Source: Leptolyngbyaceae cyanobacterium
GTDB taxonomy: Bacteria; Cyanobacteriota; Cyanobacteriia; CAKZMO01
Length of the DNA stretch: 24,250 nucleotides
Assembly (NCBI GenBank): GCA_051439365.1
Contig: JBFRWC010000161.1
Location: 1-24,250 of the forward strand
Direction of reading: 5' to 3'
Positions within the stretch are counted from its first letter, which is position 1. Each line of letters starts with the position of its first letter. The notes beneath the pieces were generated by a model, which saw only the letters and a program-made list of their open reading frames with translations, did not search any database and was not told the origin of the DNA. The position numbers and the translations under genes were made by a program. Positions 8,185-16,863 of the stretch are shown piece after piece.

Positions 8185-11100
8185 ATGCAAGACGCAAAAG
8201 AACGCGAAATTCAACTGCAATTTCTAGATGAGGCTGACGATCATCTGCGAACGCTAGATGCGGTATTGCTGGAATTATCGAGTCGGGCCATTGAGGGGGC
8301 TCAGATTAATGCGGCCCTCCGTGCTGCCCATTCCATGAAAGGGGGCGGCAGTTTGATGGGCTTCCCGGTCCTGAGTCAGCTTGCCCATCAGATGGAAGAT
8401 GCACTGAAGGCGCTGAAGGTGCAGCGGCGTACGCTAAAAATAGACCGTGAACTGGAAACGCTACTGCTGTCAGGCGTGGACTGTTTGCAACTGGTCGTGA
8501 ACTGCGATCGCCAACGACGACCTCTTCCCCCAGATTGGCTCCAGAAGACGGCCCAGCCTATTTTTGACCAACTGCGCGATCGCCTCGGTGAACCCAAGGA
8601 GGAGAAAGCCACACCTGTCTTGACGTTGGATGAAGAGCAAGACATCATGCCGATTCTGTTTCAAACAGAAGTGGACGGCTGTCTCAATCGTCTAGAAGCT
8701 CTCCTCGATATCCCCAATCCCCCCTGTCTTGGCGAAGAGGTGATTCTCCTAGCCCAAGAGCTCGGCGGATTGGGCGCAATGTTGCAACTGACGGCATTCT
8801 GCCGTTTGTGTGCATCGGTGGCACATACTATCCAACTTGCCCCCAGCCGTATTGGGGAGATTGCTCACGTTGCGGTTGCTGAGTGGCGGCGATCGCAGTC
8901 TCTTGTCCTCACGAACCAACTTGATCACCTCCCCTCAACCATCCAAATTCCCGGACTGTGGGGTCAACTGGACCCTAAGATTGACCCAATGGATTTCTTG
9001 GCCACCGTGTCCACTGAGATAATCCTCTCTGAGAATAGCGTCCCAGGGTTTGCTGCGAGTTCTGAGCCAACCCTGTCCTTTGACGACTTGGATGATATTG
9101 TTGATGATGATGAAGTGGAAGATAATTTCAGGGATAGCTTCGATGCAGCGGCTGAACTAGACCCGTCCGAATTCCCGACTCTGATTGAAGCCTTTACCCA
9201 TGAAGCCAGTCAATCCCTGGAAAGTAAGGGGGAACATGATCCCCCCTGCCCAGATTTGATTGATCTGGAGCAAACTGCGATTGTTGATTTGACGGACTGG
9301 CTAGATAAGCAAGAGGCTGAGGCTAGTGTTGAGGACGTTGATCAGGCTGAAGCTGAGGCTGAGGCTAGTGTTGAGGACGTTGACTGGGCTGAAGCTGATT
9401 TAGATTCAGCCGTTGATTTAGATCCAGACGTTGATTTAGATTCAGCCGTTGATTTAGCATCCACGAGTTTAGCGCAAGCTGATTTAGCGCCAGAAGCTGA
9501 TTTAGAGCGAGCGAGTTTAGAAGAAGCTAATTTAGCGCCAACGGGTTTGGTAAACCAAGCAGAACAACCAGCCCCTCAAAATCTACCGACCGCAACCTTG
9601 GACGACACCGCGCCCGACACTTCATCCGGGCAAGATTCTGATCTGTCGCCTGAATCATCATCAACCGATCGTCAGATTAGCGAACTGATGGCCGAGTTGT
9701 TTGCTGATTCTACGGATGAAGAGGCAATTTTATCCCATACAGAAATCACCGAAACCTTAGAGGCGCTATGGAACGATGCAGGGCTTGATCCTGACTTGGA
9801 CCTGGACCTGGACCTAGACTTAGACCTAGACTTAGACCTAGAGGTTGAGGTTGAGGTTGAAGTTGGGCACGAGTCTGATCGGGGGGCTGAACTTGGACAC
9901 GAACTGGAGCCAGAGCCGGAATCAACGCCACCTCTTGACCATGAGTCTGAGCTAGAACTGGAGCCAGAATTGTTGTTGGCACTGGAGCGTGAACCTGTGC
10001 TGGAACTGGAACCTGATCGAGAGGCTAATCTGAAGTCTGGTCTAGAACCGGAACTGAACTCTGATCTGGTGCTGGAATGTGAGCACGAACCAGGGCCAGA
10101 GCAGGAACTCAAACTAGGACTGGAGTCGGAGTTGGGGCACGAACTAGGGCTGGATCTAGAGCACAAACTAAGGCCGGAACTGGAGCACGAACTAAGGCCG
10201 GAACTGGAGCACGAACCGGGGTTGGAGTTGGAGGGCGAACTAGGATTAGAACTGGAGCGCGAACCAGAACCAAAAATGGAGGGCGAACCAGAACCAAAAA
10301 TGGAGGGCGATCGCCCTCCCCAGACCGATTTAGATCTCCTCTTTGCTCAAGTTTCTCTTCCTGCTGACGCTTCTGCCATCAATGCGCCTACGATGGTCGA
10401 GTCGATCGTTGATGCAACGGCTGATCGAAGCCCTGATCGAAGCCCTGATCGAACCCCTAATCGAACCCTTGATCCGAGCATTGATCCAACCCCTGATCGG
10501 CCCCAAGCCGTCCCCTTTGCCGATCCGCCCCAGCCATCTGTTGCAGCTAACCCCATCTTGGCAGTAGAATCCCCATCTACCCATGATCTAAGCTTCCCCG
10601 TTACTATTGCTCCCACGACACCAGAACCCTCTACGGCTGAATTTCAACTCCTTACCCCCAGAAAATCAGAACTTTCTCCCGCTGCCGAAGAAGATCTGGG
10701 TTTTGTGCGAGTCAATGTCAAACACCTCAACCAACTCAATGATCTACTCGGTGAGCTAACCATTGACCGCAATGGTTTAACCCTTTATCTCAAACGCCTT
10801 CGGAGCTTGGTCAAACGATTGAGTCGCCAAGTCCGAGTTCTCAATCAAGCCAACACCCATCTCCAATCCGCCTATGATCAAAATGTTGCCCACAATATGG
10901 AGCAAGACGGGTTATCCTTACGACCCACGTCCCTGGTCGCGTCCCAGGGAGCGACGACTCAACATGAAACTATCCTGGACTTGGGCGAGGCCGACCCCAA
11001 TGCCCTTTTACAGGAGCTGGCTCTCCTGCCCTCTCTATGGGAACACCAGTTTGATGCTCTGGAGATGGATCGGTATACCGATCTCCATCATCTATTCCAA

Positions 11101-12744
11101 ACTGTGATGGAAGGAATGGTGAAAATCCAGGAGGTAGCGGAAGACCTGGGCCTGAACCTCGATGAAAGCGAGCAGGCGGCCCGCAATCTCAATAAAACGG
11201 CTCGGCAACTGCAAACAGAACTGACCCATGCCAGGATGCGTCCCCTCGTGGATATCACGAACCGCTTTCCCAAAGCCCTGCGAGAACTGTCATTGCGCCA
11301 TGGCAAAGAGGTGGTTTTTAAGCTGCATGGTGGCCACACCCTGATCGATCGCACCATTCTAGATGGGTTGAGTGAACCGCTGATGCACATGGTGCGCAAC
11401 GCCTTTGATCACGGCTTGGAAGATCCAGAAACCCGCCGCCAACAGGGGAAACTAGAAGCTGGCACCATTGCGATTCATGCCAGTCACCAGGGAAATCGAA
11501 CGATTATCAGTATTAGTGATGATGGGCGCGGGATTGATCTGGAGAAAATTCGCAGTCGCGCTATTCGGATGGGATTGGATGCAACCCTGCTTAGGGCCGC
11601 GTCGGAAGAAGAACTGTTGTCGCTAATTTTTGAACCGGGTTTTAGCACCTCCGAGGCGACAACGGATCTATCCGGTCGGGGAGTGGGCATGGATGTGGTG
11701 CGCGATCGCCTCCAACAACTCCACGGCGATATCAAAATTACCACCCGTGCTGGCCACGGCACCACCTTTAGTCTGACCCTTCCCCTCACCCTTGCCATTA
11801 CCCGCGTCTTGCTGGTCGAGAGTAATGGCATGTTAATGGCGGTGCCCGTTGATGCCATTGATGAAATGATTGTGCTGGAATCCAGCCAAATTAGCACGGA
11901 GCAAGGCCAAGAGGTCTTTGAATATGATGGCAAAACAGCCAATTTGATCCGCCTCAGCCAGTGGCTCACCTTTCACTGTCCCCGTAGTATTCCTGATGAG
12001 TTGGAAACGCCCCCCAGTCTCAAAGTTCCATCGGTCTTAATCGTCAAACGGGGCACCCAAGTCACGGGCATTGAAGTCGAACAGTCTTGGCGCGAGCAGG
12101 AAGTCACGGTGCGCCGAGTGGCGGGGACCATTGCATTACCCGAAGGCTTTAGTAGCTGCACGATTTTGGGGGATGGCCGAGTCGTTCCCCTCCTCAACAT
12201 TTCGGCCATGTTGCATTGGGTGATTAGCCACCAACGGTCTGCGATCGCTGGCTCTACCCCTGATCCCCGTCGTTTGCTGACAGCATCTCCAGCCACCGAA
12301 CGATCAGGCAAGACCCAACCCTCCCTCAGATCACGATCCGTACGGGAACCACAACCCTTCCCGAAATCTCCCCCGAAGCCCCTCAAGATCATGATTGTTG
12401 ATGACTCGATCGCCGTACGACAGTTGTTGGCTGGAACGTTAGAAAAAGCCGCCTATCGAGTCGAACAGGCCAAAGATGGTCTGGATGCCCTAGAAAAATT
12501 GACCAGTGGTCAGACAATGGATGCCGTGATTTGCGACGTGGAAATGCCCCGGCTGGATGGGTATCGACTCCTCGCCAAACTACAAGCGGATGAAACCTTG
12601 CGACGTATCCCGGTGATGATGTTAACTTCACGCAGTGGGGAAAAGCACCGTAAGCTAGCAATGGGCCTAGGGGCCAGAGGATATTGCACCAAGCCTTACA
12701 GCGATCAAGCCCTGCTACAACAGCTTGCCGCGATGATGGGCTAG
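8185..12744 (+). CDS. Hybrid CheA-type histidine kinase (Hpt, long acidic linker, dimerisation/HATPase, CheW-like, receiver); PixL/PilL-like
   Basis: 1519 aa. The Hpt motif is AAHSMKGG (His49 codon 8329-8331). The CheA core shows ARMRPL...FPKALRELS, N-box MVRNAFDHGLE, G1 DDGRGID and G2 GRGVGMD. A CheW-like domain follows (MLMAVPVDAIDEM...ILGDGRVVPLLNI). The C-terminal receiver shows IMIVDDS, CDVEMPRLDG and TKP. Confidence 0.9.
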   Translation: MQDAKEREIQLQFLDEADDHLRTLDAVLLELSSRAIEGAQINAALRAAHSMKGGGSLMGFPVLSQLAHQMEDALKALKVQRRTLKIDRELETLLLSGVDCLQLVVNCDRQRRPLPPDWLQKTAQPIFDQLRDRLGEPKEEKATPVLTLDEEQDIMPILFQTEVDGCLNRLEALLDIPNPPCLGEEVILLAQELGGLGAMLQLTAFCRLCASVAHTIQLAPSRIGEIAHVAVAEWRRSQSLVLTNQLDHLPSTIQIPGLWGQLDPKIDPMDFLATVSTEIILSENSVPGFAASSEPTLSFDDLDDIVDDDEVEDNFRDSFDAAAELDPSEFPTLIEAFTHEASQSLESKGEHDPPCPDLIDLEQTAIVDLTDWLDKQEAEASVEDVDQAEAEAEASVEDVDWAEADLDSAVDLDPDVDLDSAVDLASTSLAQADLAPEADLERASLEEANLAPTGLVNQAEQPAPQNLPTATLDDTAPDTSSGQDSDLSPESSSTDRQISELMAELFADSTDEEAILSHTEITETLEALWNDAGLDPDLDLDLDLDLDLDLDLEVEVEVEVGHESDRGAELGHELEPEPESTPPLDHESELELEPELLLALEREPVLELEPDREANLKSGLEPELNSDLVLECEHEPGPEQELKLGLESELGHELGLDLEHKLRPELEHELRPELEHEPGLELEGELGLELEREPEPKMEGEPEPKMEGDRPPQTDLDLLFAQVSLPADASAINAPTMVESIVDATADRSPDRSPDRTPNRTLDPSIDPTPDRPQAVPFADPPQPSVAANPILAVESPSTHDLSFPVTIAPTTPEPSTAEFQLLTPRKSELSPAAEEDLGFVRVNVKHLNQLNDLLGELTIDRNGLTLYLKRLRSLVKRLSRQVRVLNQANTHLQSAYDQNVAHNMEQDGLSLRPTSLVASQGATTQHETILDLGEADPNALLQELALLPSLWEHQFDALEMDRYTDLHHLFQTVMEGMVKIQEVAEDLGLNLDESEQAARNLNKTARQLQTELTHARMRPLVDITNRFPKALRELSLRHGKEVVFKLHGGHTLIDRTILDGLSEPLMHMVRNAFDHGLEDPETRRQQGKLEAGTIAIHASHQGNRTIISISDDGRGIDLEKIRSRAIRMGLDATLLRAASEEELLSLIFEPGFSTSEATTDLSGRGVGMDVVRDRLQQLHGDIKITTRAGHGTTFSLTLPLTLAITRVLLVESNGMLMAVPVDAIDEMIVLESSQISTEQGQEVFEYDGKTANLIRLSQWLTFHCPRSIPDELETPPSLKVPSVLIVKRGTQVTGIEVEQSWREQEVTVRRVAGTIALPEGFSSCTILGDGRVVPLLNISAMLHWVISHQRSAIAGSTPDPRRLLTASPATERSGKTQPSLRSRSVREPQPFPKSPPKPLKIMIVDDSIAVRQLLAGTLEKAAYRVEQAKDGLDALEKLTSGQTMDAVICDVEMPRLDGYRLLAKLQADETLRRIPVMMLTSRSGEKHRKLAMGLGARGYCTKPYSDQALLQQLAAMMG
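9290..10480 (+). repeat. Cluster of in-frame short tandem and dispersed repeats inside the CheA linker
   Basis: gctgaggctagtgttgaggacgttga appears twice (about 9316 and about 9355). gatttagattcagccgttgatttag appears twice. A run of (gacYtR)n encoding DL x9 at 9787-9840 is followed by (gaggtt)4 encoding EVEVEVEV at 9841-9864. ggccggaactggagcacgaact appears twice (about 10174-10220). gagggcgaaccagaaccaaaaatg appears twice (about 10270-10310). agccctgatcga-type units encode SPDR/SPDR/TPNR/TLDP/SIDP/TPDR at 10428-10500. Confidence 0.8.
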
Positions 12745-12759
12745 CCCGGTTTGCCTGAG

Positions 12760-13329
12760 TTAGGCGGATAGGGGGATGGCAGCGGCGGCATGGAGAGATG
12801 CGATCCCGTGTATCCGGCTCAAAATGGTCAGAAAGTCGGCAACGGTTTGATCTCGATTAAATTGGGTCAATACAGGGATGTGGACAAAAATGCAGGGACA
12901 TTGGGGTTGATCGGGAAACCGGGAACTATCTTGCTGCAAATGAGTCAGAAGATCAAAATAGAGTCGGTTGCAGACAAATTCTCCTGCATCATGGCTGACC
13001 TGGGTGAAGGCAAGACCTGCAATCAGCCAATTCAGATTAACGTCGGTGTAGAGGGTTGCACCGTCTTGAACGGCTTGCTTTTCAACGCAAATATGAGTTC
13101 CAATTTCCTTCATGCCACAGCAAATAATCGCATTGGGTCTCAACGTTTGGGTCGCTTGGATGACCTTTGCTGGAGCTTTTTGGAAATCAACGGGCAGATG
13201 GCGCAGCCAGTGCAGGTGCTCACGGTCCTGATAGAGCGGCAAAATCTCCGCCAGCAGGTCATCGGACGCATTTGACGGCTGTTCCGGCTTCCAGGTTGCA
13301 AAGGAGGTCAGTAAAATTTTAGGCCGCAT
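12760..13329 (-). CDS. Peptidase C15 (pyroglutamyl-peptidase I-like) family protein
   Basis: 189 aa. KILLTSFATW at the N-terminus matches the KILVTGFEPF pattern. A candidate catalytic triad sits in the expected order and contexts: Glu in CVEKQA, Cys in AGEFVCNRLYF, and His in IFVHIP. It is convergent with CheA. Confidence 0.6.
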   Translation of the reverse strand: MRPKILLTSFATWKPEQPSNASDDLLAEILPLYQDREHLHWLRHLPVDFQKAPAKVIQATQTLRPNAIICCGMKEIGTHICVEKQAVQDGATLYTDVNLNWLIAGLAFTQVSHDAGEFVCNRLYFDLLTHLQQDSSRFPDQPQCPCIFVHIPVLTQFNRDQTVADFLTILSRIHGIASLHAAAAIPLSA

Positions 13330-13926
13330 CGTGGATCATGACACCTCGTAGACATCAGGCTAATAGTTCGGTTGTTTAGCCAAGGTTCAGGGGAGCACCC
13401 TGATAGATTTATGATGCACCAATATCAAGCGCAGTCATTAAAGTTCTGATGAATCATGCGCCCATGCTTCACTGTAGCTTGACAGTGTCTAGCGCTTGGA
13501 GGGATGGACAACAATGTCAACAATAGGACACACAACAGTCCGAGGACTACCTCTTGGCTGCCTAATCTGCGTGTTTTCTTCCAAATGATTTAACAATTGA
13601 GCGATCGCCCCGGACCTACCGTCAGTGAATTCGCTAGGCCTATTAGAACCAGCACACCATAGGGACGTGAAAATCCCTGCCCGAATTATAGGCGAATGGC
13701 CTTTTGGCCAAGCCGATGTGGTCAAGAACTCAATATGTCCTCAAGATTAGATGAAGAAATGAAGAACTCCACTAGGGATCGGAACTCTTAGCCCGGTATT
13801 TACGGAGATGTGACTGTCGAGTCACCCAAAGATTCTGGCGGTGTTATCTATGGATCTACCCATTTTTAACTGAGAAACCCTAGAATGAAGACCAAGCACT
13901 GAGTAGATATACATAGGTACAAAATC

Positions 13927-14208
13927 ATGGTGGATAGCACTGCGAAAGAGACAACAACCACTCTTTCGGAGCGAGAAAGGCAGATTGTTGAGTTGGTAAC
14001 GATTGGCATGACCAATCAGGAGATTTCTGAAGAGCTAGCCATCAGCAAACGCACAGTCGATAACCATATCAGTAATATTCTGACGAAGACTGCCACCAGT
14101 AACCGGGTTGAACTGGTACGGTGGGCGTTGAAATGGGGGAAGGTCTGCATCGACCAAGTCAATTGCTGCACCCTACCGCCCTACTCAGGGGGAGGAGACC
14201 CTGGCTGA
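13927..14208 (+). CDS. Small LuxR/GerE-type helix-turn-helix transcriptional regulator (solo DNA-binding domain)
   Basis: 93 aa. LSERERQIVELVTIGMTNQEISEELAISKRTVDNHISNILTKTATSNRVELVRWA is a canonical LuxR C-terminal HTH. No receiver or autoinducer domain is present. The tail is cysteine-rich: KVCIDQVNCC. Confidence 0.8.
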   Translation: MVDSTAKETTTTLSERERQIVELVTIGMTNQEISEELAISKRTVDNHISNILTKTATSNRVELVRWALKWGKVCIDQVNCCTLPPYSGGGDPG

Positions 14209-14432
14209 AGTTGCGACTCCGCAGTTTAGGGGCAAATGGCAGGCTAGGGTCGTTGATCGCGGCAGGAGTCGGTTCAGGCATGGAGTCGGTCTAGCTGGAA
14301 GTCGATCCGGTCAAAAGTGTGGATTGAGGGAAAATCAGGCCAGATCGGTGGGGGTGTCATCCTCCCATTTCGTCCTACATTGGATTAGGATGACAAGCGA
14401 TTGTGTCATGGATGTTGAGGGGAGGGAAGTTT

Positions 14433-15704
14433 ATGGTGACGGTTCAAGCCGCGCGGGGAACCAAGGATATTCTACCGGAGGATGTGGGCTACTGGCAGCA
14501 CATTGAGGCGATCGCTCGGTCCACGTTCCACCGGGCTGCCTACCAGGAAATTCGCACCCCGATTTTTGAGCCGACCCATCTGTTTGAGCGGGGCATTGGG
14601 GAAGCAACGGATGTGGTGGGTAAGGAGATGTACACCTTTACCGATCGGGGCGATCGCTCTTTGACCTTGCGCCCGGAAAATACGGCTGGGGTGGCCCGTG
14701 CTTTGATTGAGCATAATCTCCAGGCTCAGGGCGGGGTACAACGGCTTTGGTACAGTGGTCCCATGTTTCGCTATGAACGACCGAAAGCGGGTCGCCAGCG
14801 CCAGTTTCACCAGATTGGAGTAGAAGTGTTGGGCAGTGGGGCGGCTAGGGCGGATGCTGAGGCGATCGCCGTAGCTATGAATTTTCTCGCCGCCTTGGGG
14901 TTGCAAACACCCAAGTTGATGTTCAATACCATTGGCAGCTTTGAAGATCGTAAAACCTACCGGGAAGCCCTGGTGGACTATTTAACTCCCTATAAGGAGG
15001 ACTTGGACCCGGATTCCCAGGATCGCCTCACCCGTAATCCCCTACGGATTCTGGATACCAAAGTGGAGCGTACCCGCGACATTATCCAAGACGCGCCCAC
15101 CTTGCTTCAGCAAATGAGTGCTGATTCCATCCAGCGGTTTGAGCAGGTGCAGCAATTGCTGACCGATTTGGGTCTTGCTTACACCATTGATCCCCAGTTG
15201 GTCCGGGGGCTGGATTATTACACCCACACGGTTTTTGAGATTCAAGCGGAGGAATTGGGCACCGAGGCCACGGTTTGTGCGGGGGGCCGTTACGATGGGT
15301 TGGTCGCGCAATTGGGTGGTGCCGATGTTCCGGCAGTAGGCTGGGCCAGCGGGGTGGAGCGGTTGCTGTTGCTAGTGAAAGAACACGGGACCGTTGCTGC
15401 TCAAACGGTGGATTTTTATGTGGTGTCACGGGGCGATCGCGCCGAAGCCAATGCCCTCACTCTCTCCCAAAAACTGCGTCAACTGGGCTTTGCCGTGGAA
15501 TTGGATCTGAGCGGCAGTGCCTTTGGCAAACAATTCAAACGGGCTGATCGCAGTGGAGCCGCTGCCTGTTTTATCCTCGGTGATGCCGAAGCAGAACAGG
15601 GAACAGTACAACTCAAGTGGTTGGCTTCCGGGGATCAAGAAGAGGTAAAACAAGAGGAATTGGAGGCGATCGCCCCCACCTTGCGCCAAAAATTGGGATC
15701 ATAG
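14433..15704 (+). CDS. hisS: Histidine--tRNA ligase
   Basis: Class II aaRS/HisRS signatures are ARGTKDILPED, YQEIRTPIFE, LTLRPENTAG, MFRYERPKAGRQRQFHQIG (motif 2) and CAGGRYDGL (motif 3), plus a C-terminal anticodon-binding domain. The ORF track starts at GTG 14403. ATG 14433 is preferred because it is preceded by the purine-rich gaggggagggaag and gives the usual N-terminus. Confidence 0.95.
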   Translation: MVTVQAARGTKDILPEDVGYWQHIEAIARSTFHRAAYQEIRTPIFEPTHLFERGIGEATDVVGKEMYTFTDRGDRSLTLRPENTAGVARALIEHNLQAQGGVQRLWYSGPMFRYERPKAGRQRQFHQIGVEVLGSGAARADAEAIAVAMNFLAALGLQTPKLMFNTIGSFEDRKTYREALVDYLTPYKEDLDPDSQDRLTRNPLRILDTKVERTRDIIQDAPTLLQQMSADSIQRFEQVQQLLTDLGLAYTIDPQLVRGLDYYTHTVFEIQAEELGTEATVCAGGRYDGLVAQLGGADVPAVGWASGVERLLLLVKEHGTVAAQTVDFYVVSRGDRAEANALTLSQKLRQLGFAVELDLSGSAFGKQFKRADRSGAAACFILGDAEAEQGTVQLKWLASGDQEEVKQEELEAIAPTLRQKLGS

Positions 15705-15712
15705 CTAGTACA

Positions 15713-15885
15713 CGTAGGGTGCCGTAAGCGAAGCGTAACGCACCCCTTAAACCGTATGGCGATCGCCCCCACTAGTATTGCGTAGGGTGCCGTAAGCGAA
15801 GCGTAACGCACCCCTTAAACCGTAAGGCGATCGCGCCGATCATGTAGGGTGCTGTAAGCAAAGCGTAACGCACCCTTTAAATCGT
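15713..15885. repeat. Three tandem copies (periods 68 and 62 bp) of a palindrome-containing element, two of them ending in HIP1
   Basis: The core is gtagggtgcYgtaagcRaagcgtaacgcacccYttaaaYcgt, starting at 15714, 15782 and 15844. Each has the inverted repeat gggtgc...gcaccc. Copies 1 and 2 are followed by ggcgatcgc. The repeat begins 9 bp after the hisS stop. Confidence 0.85.
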
Positions 15886-15990
15886 GCTGCTATGTCATGG
15901 CCAGCAAATTTCACCCCAAATGTCCCAAATATAGTATTCTAGAACTAGAATTGGAGGACAAGGTTTAGATCGTTGTGTGAGGTGAGTCCA

Positions 15991-16830
15991 ATGTATGAGT
16001 TTTCCCCCAACCATCAGCGCCCCCTACCCACCATGTACGATTTGCCCAGCGAGGAAGTTGGAGAGCCAGGGTTGCCAGACGAATTTCACCGAATGCAAGC
16101 GGAGTTGCTGCGGGAAACCTGCCAGTCGCCCTGCTATCCGCTCCCCATGTCTCCCGGACAGGGCACGGAATCCACGGCTGCATCCACCAACGAGGGCATT
16201 TTTATCGCTAGTGATCTCAACCTCTACTACGATTCCCGCAATCCCAGACTGTATAAGCGCCCCGACTGGTTTATGTGCCTGGGGATGCCCAATCTGGGTC
16301 GTCAGCAAGATTTGCGCTGGAGTTATCTAATTTGGCAAGAATCTGTCGCCCCTTTTTTAGTGATGGAGTTTTTATCTCCTGGCACCGAGGCCGATGATTT
16401 GGGTGAAACCGTGCGTCGCATTGACCAGTCCCCCCGCAAATGGGACGTGTATGAGCGGTTGCTGCGAATTCCCTACTACGGCGTGAACGATCGCTACCAA
16501 AATCAATTCCGCCTGTTCCAACTAGACGGCATCCAGTACCGAGAGTTAGACTTACCCGACGCTCGTTTCTGGTTTGAGAGTTTAAAGTTAGGCTTAGGAA
16601 TTTGGTCCGGCTATTACGAAGGCAGCAATGGCTTATGGCTACGGTGGTACGATGGCGATGGCCAGTGGATTCCCACCGAGCGGGAACAGATAGAACAGGA
16701 ACAAGCACGGGCACAGCAAGCGGAGACTCAGGCCAACGCTGAACGAGAACGGGCACAACAGGCAGAGGCCAACTATCAGGCGTTACTGCAAAAACTGCGA
16801 GAGCAGGGGATCGATCCGGATTCGTTGTGA
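15991..16830 (+). CDS. Uma2 family (DUF820) putative restriction-endonuclease-like protein
   Basis: The cyanobacterial Uma2 pattern is present: PTMYDLPSE...GLPDEFH, NLYYD, KRPDWF, VMEFLSPGTE..D and KWDVYERLLRIPYYGVND. The tail is Gln/Ala/Glu-rich and coiled-coil-like, ending in QGIDPDSL. ATG 15991 is preferred over the TTG at 15973. Confidence 0.8.
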   Translation: MYEFSPNHQRPLPTMYDLPSEEVGEPGLPDEFHRMQAELLRETCQSPCYPLPMSPGQGTESTAASTNEGIFIASDLNLYYDSRNPRLYKRPDWFMCLGMPNLGRQQDLRWSYLIWQESVAPFLVMEFLSPGTEADDLGETVRRIDQSPRKWDVYERLLRIPYYGVNDRYQNQFRLFQLDGIQYRELDLPDARFWFESLKLGLGIWSGYYEGSNGLWLRWYDGDGQWIPTEREQIEQEQARAQQAETQANAERERAQQAEANYQALLQKLREQGIDPDSL

Positions 16831-16863
16831 TGGGTTGTCGGGATGGGTTGTTGTGATGGGTTG
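16829..16863. repeat. Three copies of gatgggttg at 13-bp spacing
   Basis: gatgggttg occurs at 16829, 16842 and 16855. The first copy overlaps the Uma2 stop codon. Confidence 0.7.

Noticed and set aside
9672-10166. A 164-aa Ser-rich ORF on the minus strand, plus other ORFs at 9746-9982, 10109-10297, 10330-10616 and 10343-10567.
   Set aside because: All lie inside the repeat-rich CheA linker. They are low-complexity translations of the same repeats in other frames. The plus-strand frame is continuous with bona fide Hpt and kinase domains.
12790-13275. A 161-aa plus-strand ORF.
   Set aside because: It is antisense to the C15-peptidase-like gene. The minus frame shows the ordered Glu/Cys/His catalytic contexts, and the plus frame shows nothing recognisable.
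13489-13725. A 78-aa minus-strand ORF in the long spacer.
   Set aside because: It has no motif, no convincing ribosome-binding context and no support from neighbouring gene organisation. It was kept only as part of the spacer observation.
14324-14506. A 60-aa ORF, and the GTG 14403 extension upstream of hisS.
   Set aside because: The HisRS homology begins at MVTVQAARGTKD (ATG 14433), which has a purine-rich upstream tract. The small ORF overlaps the hisS start in another frame.
15082-15689. Antisense and alternate-frame ORFs inside hisS (15042-15311, 15082-15429, 15275-15547, 15426-15689).
   Set aside because: They are shadow ORFs within a gene whose plus frame has all the class II synthetase motifs.
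15713-15885. A CRISPR array, suggested by regularly spaced repeats.
   Set aside because: There are only three units. The inter-repeat segments are themselves conserved between units (ttaaaccgta.ggcgatcgc), the period varies (68 and 62 bp), and there is no leader or cas gene. It is a tandemly amplified palindromic element.
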